Below, piece after piece: positions 50,371 through 61,800 of a stretch of DNA of 64,000 bases. A program made the position numbers and the translations under genes. How positions within the stretch are numbered: position 1 is the first letter of the stretch; each line of letters begins with the position of its first letter. The notes under the pieces were generated by a model that was not told the DNA's origin, searched no databases, and saw only the letters and a list, made by a program, of their open reading frames with translations. This DNA is from Amoebophrya sp. A120 (Eukaryota > Protista > Dinoflagellata), in NCBI GenBank assembly GCA_905178155.1, contig CAJINV010000008.1, forward strand, positions 2,356,001 to 2,420,000, in the 5' to 3' direction.

Positions 50371-52224
50371 ATGCCCGAGGACCGTGTTTACAACTTTAGC
50401 GCAGGGCCGTGCATTTTGCCGGTCGAGGTGCTGGAGGAGTGCAAGGGCGACATGCTGAATTTCAAGAAGTCCGGCATGGGGGTTATGGAGATGAGCCACA
50501 GGAGTAAGGACTTTGTCAACATCTACAACGAGACAGAAAAGAACCTCCGTGATGTGCTTGCGATTCCAGACCACTACAAGGTCCTGTTCGCACAAGGTAA
50601 ATAAAGAAGTTGTTTTAGAGGTGCATGCAAAAAACAGGAAGAACCCATGACGATGGATGAAAATACCAGCATCGAAACGTCATATTACTTTTTATACGAC
50701 GTATGTGTCAACAAAATGTGATTGGAATTTCACTTCTCTCGCAACGCTACTAGTAGTACACCACCTCGACAGGCGGCGCCTCCTTGCAGTTTGCCAGCGT
50801 GCCTTTGAATTTTTTTGGTGGTGGCAAAACTAACGGGGACTACGCAGTGACGGGGCAGTGGGGGGAGAAGGCCGTCAAGGAGTGCGGAAAGTACGGAACG
50901 GGAACTGCGGTGTGCAACACCAAACCGCAGAAGTTCACACATATACCACCCGTGGCAGAATGGAAGATGTCGGACCCGGAGACAACGGCATTCCTCCACT
51001 ACAGTAGAAATCGCACAGTGATATTGAATTTCCATCGCATTATATTGATGTCAGGGCATGTGGTGACATGAGCTTTATCTACTTCCTCCTTTTATTGCGT
51101 TCCGAAATGGATGACTGGCACTGGCCTCGTCATTCGAAAACGATTTGCAAAACTCGCAACTCTTTTTGCAAAACAGCCGACAACGAGACGGTGAACGGGG
51201 TGGAGTTTACCGCGCCACCTGAGATCGGCACCGGGGTACCCCTTGTGGCCGACATGAGTTCCAACTTCTGCACGAGGCCAATCGATGTTGGAAAGGTAAA
51301 AAACATGAAATATAGAAGTGCCTACAGATGAAGAAGCTGAAGCACATTTACAGACTGAGTCTATCCTCGTAGGCATGATAACTATATTTGCCGATATCGA
51401 CCTCGACGTCGTGCTCGTGCATGCAACACAGAGCAGTTGATATTTCGACAACTTGAAATATAACACTACACTTGCAGCACGCTATGATATATGCGGGCGC
51501 GCAGAAAAACGCGGGGATAGCGGGAAACACCATCTGCATGGTGGACGAGAAGTACATGAGCCAGGAGATGAAAATCTGTCCCTCGGTGTGCAGTTGGAAG
51601 ACCCAGGCCGGTGCGGATGGGATGTACAACACGCCACCCTGCTACGCAATCTACGTTACTGGTGTGTATCTGAAATACACCAAAGAGAAGGGTGGAGTCA
51701 GCTTCTGGGCGGAGCAGTGCGCGAAAAAGAGCGGCATGATATACGATGTAAGCAAAAATCAAAGTTTTTCTGTGAGGACCCTTCTTGCGTTCTACTTACT
51801 TTGCAGGACCGTGGTCGGTCGGTACTCAGTTGGAGAACCTCCTGTGTGACCACCTGCGAAGCAGGTGGCGCTCGTCGAGTAGTTGCTTCTCATGATCATG
51901 AAGAATGTGAGTATTTGATGTGCTTGTGCATGCTTACAAAAATATATTCCCTACTAGGTGATTGATGGTAGCAGCGACTACTACACGTGTCCGGTTCAGA
52001 AGGATTCCCGGTCTAGGTGCAACCTGCCCTTCCAGATTGGCGGCGGCAACGATGCGTTGGAGAAAAAATTTCTCGAGGAAGCGAAAAAAATCAACCTGTA
52101 TACCCTGGCGGGGCACCGCACCGTGGGCGGAATTCGTGCGAGCTTGTACAACGGGATGCCTATGAAGGGGGTGGAAACGCTTCAGGACTTCATGAAAAGC
52201 TTCATGGAAGAAAATCCGCTGTGA
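50371..52224 (+). CDS. serC: Phosphoserine aminotransferase
   Basis: VYNFSAGP, VMEMSHRSKDF, YKVLFAQGGAS, DNETVNGVEF, VADMSSNF, IYAGAQKNAG (PLP-Lys), MYNTPP and GHRTVGGIRASLYN. Four GT-AG introns. Confidence 0.96.
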
Positions 52225-53252
52225 ATTTTCCCTTAGCTTCATCGCGCCATGAACATGGTCGACTAGTGGGACTTGCAAGCGACAATATCACAGTTTTGAC
52301 GACATTTTGGAAATCAGCCTACAACTTTTGAATCTTCCTATTGACAAAAATGAACAGTAATATGCTATGTTTTGCCCTCCCTGGCGCACGAGTCGTGGTT
52401 CTTAGAACTCTGTCTGCAGGATGATGCGACGTAGCGATAAGAGGTGAGTGGAGATGACTTTGACTCCTCTTGCTCTTGGTCCAATTTTCAAGAACGTTAA
52501 CGACTTTTTCAATGCCAGAAATACATCAGGGTTTATCTCTCAGCACCATGAGCTGAACCTTGAATGAGCGGAAAAAACACGGGGCTGCGGCTCCGCGCAT
52601 TCAAAACCTATCGAGCGGTTTTCTCGAAAATGTATAGTACTACTTCACTTCTATATGCCAGTTGACTGCACCACGAGACTCCAAGCACTGCTTGCCAAAA
52701 CCCTCGGTCGCCGTCTTATGTAGGTACCCAAGCAGTAGTGCAGCACTTTTTAAAGAGCGTTTTGTGGTGTTCCAAGATTCGGAGACAGTCCCTGCTTCGT
52801 GTAACAGAGAAAAATCAAAAAAAGATCTTTTGATGACGACGACGAGGAGAGAGAGACGAAGCGCTTTCCACATGATTCACAGACAGTGACTTTAATCTTC
52901 TACTTTTCTACGATAATTGGGTTCTGGTCCGTTATTTTCTCTTTGTTTGCGTTCCAATACAGATCGTCATTGTTCAAAACTAAAACAACAGGCTCCCATG
53001 ACTTTGTTCCCCTTTGGAAAGAGCTTTACCCCAGGTTGATCTTCAATTTTCTTTTTGTTTTTCTGATCATCTTCCTCGTCTTTCTGAGTATTTGTTTTTT
53101 TTTGCAGTCGTTGTTTTACGCAACATTGCTATTGCTTCTAGTTCTTCCAGTGGGCGGTAATTTAGGTACTTGATCTAATAAATGCATGCCCGGGTAGTAG
53201 CAGGCTAGCGAGCCTGTGAGCCTAGGCTGAGGCTGGACGGGCGATATTTTAT

Positions 53253-54164
53253 TTATGTGGTCCAAATACCAAGATGAGTTAATCCATTTAAATGAATTAT
53301 TTTTTTTTTGCAGCTGCAGAACCTGGAGGCGCGACTTGATATGCTCAGCGGTTGACATCATTGTTTGGGGTTGTGGTCCTTTGCTTCTGTTGGTGTTTTG
53401 CCCGGCCTGCACAAGCTCCCTCGCAGATGATGTGATGGCTGCTGGAGCTGCATGCTGACGCGACGGAGACTCGCGTTTTCTCCAGACGAAAACCATCCCC
53501 GGAAAAACAGGGCCCCACGCACCGAGTAAAATTTGGCCTGATTCAAACCTGGCCCTTGAGTCGGATTTAATTTTGGCCCAGCAGGGGCGGAATCAATTCG
53601 AATTAAATCGAAAAAAAAATATCCCAGGAGGGGGAATTAAAAATAATTAATTTCCGGGTCCGGCCCCGCGGGCTGGGTCAGGATTTCATGTGTGATTTCC
53701 CTGTCAAATTTTTTGGGCGCGTTTTTTTTCGATTAATTCGTTTAATTCGTTTTTTTCCGGGCGGGAAAAACGAATTTTTTTCCCGCCCAGTGAGATTTTT
53801 TTATTTTTCCCCCCCCGTGGGCCCCGGGGTGAGGCCTGTGGTGGCGGATTTAATTCAGGCCCGAATTAATTCTGTTTGGGCCATTGGCTTGCGGCTTTTC
53901 TCGCCGAGCCGCATTCTTGTGTGAAAGCGTAAGAAGCGACCTCCCCTACTCGGCGCTCGCGCCCAGTAAAAAACTCAGCTGGAGATCCGGCGCACAAGCA
54001 AATGTATGTCGGAGACGCGTCCGCTCGTTGACTACTTCTCGGCGAATTGATCCCGTCCAACATATCTGCTGATCATTGTTGTCGGCGCCACGCTGCGCCC
54101 TCTGTTTGCAAATTTTCTTATTCATTCAATTCAAATAACTCATCTTGGTAATTTTTACCTCTTG
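53253..54164. mobile_element. 912-bp TIR element (MITE-like) nested in repeat A1
   Basis: 7-bp direct repeat attttat at 53246-53252 and 54165-54171, single-copy in the empty A2 site. Perfect inverted repeat taccaagatgagtta (53267-53281) / taactcatcttggta (54136-54150), each 14 bp inside an end. Confidence 0.75.
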
Positions 54165-54309
54165 ATTTTATGTCTGTCCGAGCCTCGCCCTTTTCCGGTA
54201 GCGTAGCCGGGACCTGATGACTGTGAGGGTGAGCCTCTTCCCGTTCTGGGTTGAAGTTTATTTCCTCTCTCTCTTGTCCTCAGGGAGTAACGCCCCTGCC
54301 GTTGGTAGT

Positions 54310-54835
54310 AAGTTTGGTCCATCCGCCTCAGGAAAGTCTCTTTTATCCGCTTGTCGGAAAGTCTGGTCTCATCCGCTTTGCGGAAAGTTTGGTCCATCCG
54401 CCTCAGGAAAGTCTCTTTTATCCTCTTGTCGGAAAGTCTGGTCTCATCCGCTTTGCGGAAAGTTTGGTCTCATCCGCTTGGCGGAAAGTCTGGTCTCATC
54501 CGCTCTGTGGAAAGTTTGGTTATCCGCTTGTCGGAAAGTCTGGCCTCATCCGCTCTGCGGAAAGTTTGGTTATCCGCTTGTCGGAAATTCTGGTTTCTTC
54601 ATCCGCTTTGCGGAAAGTTTGGTTTATCCGCTTGTCGGAAAGTTTGGTCTCACCCGCTTTGCGGAAAGTTTGGTTATCCGCTTGGCGGAAAGTCTGGTCT
54701 CATCCGCTCGGCGGAAATTTCTGGCTATAGATCCGCTTGGCGGAGAGTTTCGTCTCATCCGCGCGGCGGAATGTTTGGCGCAATCCGCTTTGCGGACAGT
54801 TTTGGGTATCTCTGGTTTATCCGTGGTGCGGACAG
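54310..54835. repeat. About 24-29-bp minisatellite (about 20 units) with a TCCG-N5-CGGA hairpin core
   Basis: Unit atccgc(tttg/ttgt/ttgg/tctg)cggaaagt(t/c)tggt(ctc/t) repeats from about 54321 to 54819. Confidence 0.9.
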
Positions 54836-56159
54836 TGTTGGCAGCCCAGATTGTATTCTCGTTGGCGATAGCAGCGAGAGTACGGAATCATGCGGTCTCG
54901 CCTTGCTTTGGGAAGGAGGGTCGTTTGGCACTGGCGGTTCGAACCCGTTACCCTTGCGAACTTTTTCCCAAGCCAAGGCCCTTGGCTTTCTTTGGTCTTC
55001 TTATCCTTTGATCCTCTGATCCCATTGCAATGCGAGGCCGCAAGGCTATCGGTTTTTTTTTTGTCCGCTTTGAGCTGTCCACATCCACTTCGGGTGCATA
55101 CCACTGGTCGGTCCGTCGTCATCGCTACGCCTTCGTCTATGGGGCGCACCGGTTCTCCCAAATTCATCGTCTGGCCGCAGGCGTCGCGCCGGGTTCTTTG
55201 GGTTGCTTCGGCGTACCGGCCTCCGCCGGTGGGGTAGGTGCTTCCAGGGCGCCTCCTCGTGCGACGCAGTGGGAGATGCTCCCATCGAGCGATCATCCAT
55301 CGGGTGATCCTTCCGCCGTGACTGCATAAAATGCATGCCCGGGCAGTAGCAGGCTAGCGAGCCTGTGAGCCTAGGCTGAGGCTGGACGGGCGATATTTTA
55401 TGTCTGTCCGAGCCTCGCCCTTTTCCGGTAGCCGGGACCTGATGACTGTGAGGGCGAGCCTCTTCCCGTTCTGGGTTGAAGTTTATTTGCCCACCCGCCC
55501 TCCCGGTTAGTTTTACGAGATGAGCCAGTGGTCTGGGTCGGTAGTTACTTCGGATGGGTCGCTGGGCCTCGCGCCGCTCCAATCTGTGTTGGGGTAGGAC
55601 AGAGGTCGCAAGATATCTCCCACGGCGGGGGTAGGTGCTTCCAGGGCGCCTCCTCGTGCGACGCAGTGGGAGATGCTCCCATCGAGCGATCATCCATCGG
55701 GTGATCCTTCCGCCGTGACTGCATAAAATACAAAAGACGGAGTAAGTTTCTTTGCTCTGAGGATTTGCATTTCGGCTTCTTAGTTTTGTTTAGTTCTTCT
55801 TCGTCGCCGCGCGACCCGCTCTTCGGAATAGCACTTCACAAGGACTATTTTTTCTGGCAGGAAAAGAAATCACCTATATATAAAAATGAAGGCCGTATTG
55901 CATACCTCTTGCGTTTCTGCCGTCCTCGGGCAACTTGGCGGCTTGCAGATGCCTCCGCTGTGTACGTGATAGTGTTTCCCTATGTTCTTTTTTTCTCCAC
56001 GAATCATCTTAACTATGTCGAACTTTCGCGATCCTGAAATCAATGTGAGTTCTCTTCTCAACATCTGTTTATTGCGGATATCAGCCTTTCGACTTATTTT
56101 ATGAAAAACAAATTATACCAGCCGGCAGCCTAAGCACGCCTCCACCCTCCGCCGGGCCC

Positions 56160-57601
56160 ATGGGAGTGCAAATGCCACCGGGTATGATGGGGGGCGGCGG
56201 GGCGGCACCCCCGCAAGGTAGACCCAGCATCGCAATCGGACCCATGCTATCCCCGAACGGGCAGCCAATCGGGGGGCAGGAGATGCCACAAGGGACGAAC
56301 GTCGTCGCCAACGCTATGGCAGCCTCGAGTATGGGCGGCGGAGCGCCCGGATTGGTGGGAAACGCGGGGCAGATAGACCCGCTGCAAAAAATGATGAACG
56401 AAATGATGCAGAGCCCGGACCTAGACGGAAAGGTACTACCTACAGCTACAACCTGTAGCTGTTTCTGATAGATGTAGGTGGGAAAACTAAAGCAGCGAGA
56501 CGTGCATGAAGTCTGGACTCACTCTGTGGGGTGTTGTGCTAATTTGAATTTCGCGTACGCTTTATAATTTACATGGACGCACAGAACGTGCTCCGATCTG
56601 CATGCCATGTTTTTCCACTTCTATCTAAGTACGATGTTGCTTCCGTTGTTTTTTTGCCATATGTTGATTCTAGTTCTACATCGTGCCTCCTGCACCTGTA
56701 AAAAAATCAGAACGTATAGCCATGGATGCTAGCAAACTTCAGGTCTGTGCCGGTGTTCCGCGGAAGCAGACGAATGTTGGCAAGGAGTGCTGGGAGAATA
56801 TTTGGGCGTTCGTGGGGTGTAAGAAGGAGAACTCGCCGCAGTATGAACAGTGGCACGCAGCGCAGTCCTTGGAGATCCTGGCCATCGATGCCTTGCAGTG
56901 GGCGCACCTGGACGACCCAAAGCACAAGGACGCCTGCTACGGCAACAACGGACCCCCGGCGCCACAAGCCCCGCAGGGTCTGAGCGGCAGCATGCTTATG
57001 GGCGGTCAAGGTGGCGCACCGTCCGGCGGGGGTATGGCGGGCATGCCGCCACTGGGTGGCGCCGGGCCCGGACAAATGCAGATGCCGCAGCAACAGCAAC
57101 CACCAGCGAGTATAGAGATAGAAGACTTTGTGTTTGTTGTATCTGTATGTGCTGTCTCAATTATATGCGCAAAACGTACTATGTATGTGCAGTTCGTCAC
57201 ACTACTTGGATTTTTACTTTTCTCATTCTTGGTTGCCATGATTGAAACCGTCGCAAGAATACAGATCCCCAACAAGCCGCCCTGGAGCAGGCAATCGCGG
57301 GCGCCGTGCAGCAACTTGTGCCACAGATGCAGCAAGCGTGCGGTGTGCAGTCCTCGCAGCAAACGAACGTTGGCCCAGACTGCTGGTCCAAGGCCTGGGC
57401 CGCCGTTGGCTGCTTGCCAGAGAAGGTATCAGTACAGATTTTGTAGTGTTGTGCACTTCTACTATGTAGTAGTTGGTTCTAGTTAGCTCATGGAAATCCG
57501 GAACGAAAAGCGGGATTTCGACTACAGCTACTTTCTGTCAAATGTACTGTATTGACGCGGAGAACACCAACTGCTCTAATACGCCAGGTCCCACCGTATG
57601 A
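56160..57601 (+). CDS. Gly/Pro/Gln/Met-rich hypothetical protein (multi-exon, limits uncertain)
   Basis: GC-rich exon blocks in ORFs 56160 and 56683 flanked by GT/AG. Cys-containing middle segment with no recognised domain. Confidence 0.45.
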
Positions 57602-58854
57602 GCAGTGGCATGCGGGCCAGAGTTTGGAGGTCTTAGTCGCGGATGTTGCCCAGTGGGCGGCCTTGCCAACGGAAAAGCACCGGATGGCCTGCTACGGAAA
57701 AATGGAATTGTGAGTGTGAACAATGTCACGCAGCACTTGCACTTCATCAAGTACTAGTACAACGGTTTCACAAAATAAAATGAACTTGATGAGCACGTCG
57801 GCTTTACTCAGTATATAGCATTCCAAAAGACGCACACATACTCGCTAGCTAGTATCATACAAACGCGATAGAAATACTACGCACGCCTTGTAGCGGCTGC
57901 GTTCGCCATCAGAAGTAGAGCGGAAAAGAAAGCACGACACAAAACACCAAAAATCAAAACGTAGTTAAAGTTACACGACCGCTGGCATTACCCTTTACTG
58001 TGGCGCCATACGAGCGACATGTACAGGGCATGAAAGTGGCTAATGCACTACACCTGTATCGATTCGCTTCATCCACCAGACCTAGACGGCAACGAGAACA
58101 TGCATGCTTCGATCGTCCTCGACGAAAGATAAATTGAAATTTTCCGAATCCGAGGACCTCGTGCTCGGTAGCGCGGTGCAGGGCGAGAGAAACCCGCGCG
58201 ATCCACTTCATGTGCTACAACAATATCAACATCGATGTTGTCATCAAGATGTTCACGCTCTCGTCGTGACGTCAGTGCAAACATATGTCTAATTAGGCTG
58301 ATTCCTCGAAAGAGAGACTTGTGCATGCAGTTTGTATATTGATTTTGATCAAGACGAAATCGTAATCGAAATCAAGCGAGAGCCGAGCGAGTGCGTTTCT
58401 GCATGTGGTTGTCCTCGTGCCACATCTTCAAACGTAGAGTTTGTGACTGAGCGTACGAGAGACTTTATCGTGATCCGCATCGGCTGCAAGATTTTTGCCT
58501 CCAGCTCGAATAAGGGTATCATGAGTCGAGCGTTTTCCGCATTAAATTGAAGAATGAAACGAAAGAAGATTGAAGTAGTAAACATCACGAATTGAAGGAT
58601 CATCAATCATAGACCGAACCCATTATAGAGGTCGATGGAAATATGAAAGACGATGGGTTTCTGGACACCCTGTGCGGCAGTGTGGCGGCGTATGGGGCCA
58701 ACGCGGCACCACCACCAGCATGGACATGGTGTGCGCATGAGTTATCCCGGTTCGAAGGACGCTGAGTGACCCTGCCCCCGCGCAAAACGACTCGTCCATA
58801 GGAGATCACGACAGCACACCAAGTGGGTTTTTATGCCCAGCTGTAGAAGATGAA

Positions 58855-61800
58855 ATGCAGCGCCCAAAGTCAACACATACTGCGACATTCGACGCTGCTG
58901 AAGTGCGAACAAAAGAAGTCACCGGGAGCAGCTGCCCAGTAAGACGTGGCAAAAAAGGAACTTCTACTTCACGAAGTAGCAGAAGAAGTGGCTTCTGCGA
59001 CCACCACGACGCTCTCGTCGTAGGTCTAGCAGCACCGCATCAGCGACGAAGAAACAATTGGATATTGCGGGGCACCGAAGCATCTTCATCGCTCGGCGCA
59101 CCCTCAAGAAAGAAGCTCGTGTCGTGCCGCAAAAAGTCCTCGTGGTGTACTACGATACTGAGAACTACAAACAGACTACACGGCCAGCACACGGGATATT
59201 TTTTCACACCCTCGCGGTCCTCCTGCTCATCAAGTTCCCGCCTAGATTTGCTTTTTTCGACCGTGCTCCTCTTCGCAGTTCTTGTGATGCTGCTGTTCAT
59301 CGACGATCGGCCCGTGGTGCTCGCGCTGCAGCAGACCTACGGGCAGCGAAAAAAGCGGGGAAACCTGCGCGGGGCCTATCGGTATCTGGACGATCAGGTA
59401 AATAGCAAGAGGGCGACCGAAAACTCGGTCGTTGGCAGCAGTGTACCGCCAGGGGATGAGCAGACAGGAAGTAATAAAAATGCTCAGGATGATCTTTCAT
59501 CTTCCGGCTCTGCCACAACAGCCGCTGACCCTCCGGACAAGGAAATATTAAGTGACAAGTTGTTGGAGCTGCAGGCGTCGGGCGAGTCCGACCACGTTGA
59601 AGAAGAATTGCAGCAGTTCGAAACCGCCAACCAAGCCACAAGTAGTGGTGTGGGCGAAAACACGAGGCCGTCGTCATTCGCGAGTTTGCGAGAGAAGCGA
59701 CTACTTCCAGGCGAAAGAGCAGCGCTATCAACAACTGAAGTAGAGAGTCCCCGCGTATTCAGCGGAGGGAGCGCGTCGTCAAGTAGCAGCAGCAGAAAGT
59801 TGAATCAGCTCCGGAACCAGATTGCTGCGGACCAACTTGACGAATTGTCTTCAACTGCAGCCTCCTCCGGAACCAGCTCCGCGGGCGATCCACGACATGC
59901 ATCTAGTTCTGGCACAGGAGAGGATGCAGAAGTTAGGGAGCAGCTGCAGTTTGTGAACGACCAACGTGGCAAGCCGCTTGGCCCTGGTCGTACCGGCGAA
60001 AATGGTGGTGCCGGCACTTCCTCTGAAAACGCATTTTCTTTCGTGGAACTGGCACAACCAGCACAGGATCGCCGTGCTACGGAGCCATCTACCGCGACGG
60101 GGGGTGAAAATGCGGTGCCAGAGGGGACGTCGTCTTCTGACGTTGAAGAAGATGCAAATGAGGCAACACGCAGAAAAACGAGAAGAAAAAGCGAAGACCT
60201 GGCTCCGAAGGCCGGCGCTCCTGCTCGAAAGCACCCGAGGAGCCCAAACAGGCGTACTTCCTCAGCAATGCAAGTCAGACAGGTACAGCAAGAAGTTTTG
60301 TGCTTGTTCGAAATTGCGGCTTCATCTTCGTGTTGCAATTTTGTCTTTACGCTTTTACTCTTCACAACACGGATACGTACATGATTTGCGTGACTGACAC
60401 TTTTGTACACAGAACAATGATTGAAGTTGTTAGTACCAGACGAATGCTCTTCACGGCAACAAACCTCCCAACGCAGGGCGCAAGCACGAGCAGGAACCAG
60501 CACGACGAACAAGACTCCACCGTGAGCAAGGCGGACGGGGACCCAAGTAGCATGATGCAGTTGCGAAACCTGAGCGAGGAAAAGGAGGAAGAAATACTGC
60601 AAAGAGCCGCGGAGGGTTACTGGTCCGACTCACCACGGAATATTGAAGGCGCTGGTGCAACATCGTCAAAATCGTCCTCTTCGGCGGGCAGTAGCAGCGC
60701 CCTGCAGTTAGCGGAGCAGGAGTTGAAGCGAGAGTATGAAGACGCGGCGTACCAGCACGAGGAGCACCGACAGCACCATCACCAGCACGCGGCAGCGCGC
60801 AGTAAAGTTCAAGGTAAACCGAAATCCAAAGAGAAAGGTGACTCTAAATCCAAAGCGAAGAAAAAGAAGAAGGAGAAGGAGGGAGAACCAGTAGAGGAAA
60901 CACCTCCATCCGAGGCGGAGGCTGATGCAGCTCCGGAGCAAAAGAAAGAGAAGACAATGAAGAAGAAGAAAACAGAGGAAACACCCCCACCCGAGCGGGA
61001 GGTTGATGCAGCTCCGGAGCAAAAGAAAGAGAAGACAATGAAGAAGAAGAAAACAGAGGAAACACCCCCACCCGAGCGGGAGGTTGATGCAGCTCCGGAG
61101 CAAAAGGAAGAGAAGACACGAAAGGAGAAGAAAACAGAGACGGCACCAGCAGGAGAAGCACCTGGCGAGGGGGAAACTGCAGCGCCGACCACGGAAGCGC
61201 CGATCACGAAGGCCGCAGGGGCCACATCGGATGAAAAAGCTGCCGCTACAACGGGAGCGCCTGCAACGGGAGCTGACAAAACAGAAGCGGCTGCAACGTC
61301 AACGGGAGCGGCTGCAGCGGGAGCTGACAAAACAGAAGCGCCGACCAAGGATGAAGGAGCGTCGGCCACAACAGATGCGCCCGCGCCGACCACCGGCGAC
61401 ACGCCAACGACCGCCGCGGTCACAACCACACCCGCGACGACAACAGCGGAAGAGGATAGTGACGCAGACGACTTCACCGTCCCTCAGCAGTGGCTGGTTA
61501 CAGAAGCGGCGGTCACCACACCTTATCGGAGTGCAAAAAGTCCCCACGGCCCCATAGATACGTACAACAACTGAGAGGACATTTGTATTGCTGGCGTGAT
61601 TTCAGATCACAGACAAATTATTAAGCTGCCATGCTAGAAGATGAAACAAAGGATGTACAGATTTTTCTGAATGTATTTCTTTTCGGCACGGATAGCGTAG
61701 CAAATTGCTACTGGCCACGATGATCGACGACGCGCAGTGGTTTGTCTCTGTGGCTTCTAGCTAAAACACAGGTGATGATTTGTCCTGAGCGCAGATATAA

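Larger units (their letters stand above)
53184..55729. mobile_element. Non-coding split-direct-repeat element (A1-B1-A2-B2), probable non-autonomous tyrosine-recombinase retrotransposon
   Basis: A1 = 53184-53252 + 54172-54263; B1 = 55231-55332; A2 = 55333-55488; B2 = 55628-55729. aaat occurs at both ends and at the B1|A2 junction. Confidence 0.7.

Noticed and set aside
51004-51176. serC intron containing ttgcaaaa words as a possible introner
   Set aside because: It has canonical GT-AG ends that restore HYTDNET, and lacks TAT/ATA termini and a TIR.
54205-54263. ctgatga in repeat A (also at about 55439) as a hammerhead ribozyme core or snoRNA C box
   Set aside because: I found no correctly placed GAAA with stems I-III, and no D box with a terminal stem.
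54310-54835. CRISPR-like appearance of regularly spaced palindromic repeats
   Set aside because: There are no unique spacers and no cas genes, and the context is eukaryotic. It is a minisatellite.
54217-55019. Three overlapping 159-264-aa ORFs
   Set aside because: They are by-products of a stop-poor tandem repeat and have no protein-like features.
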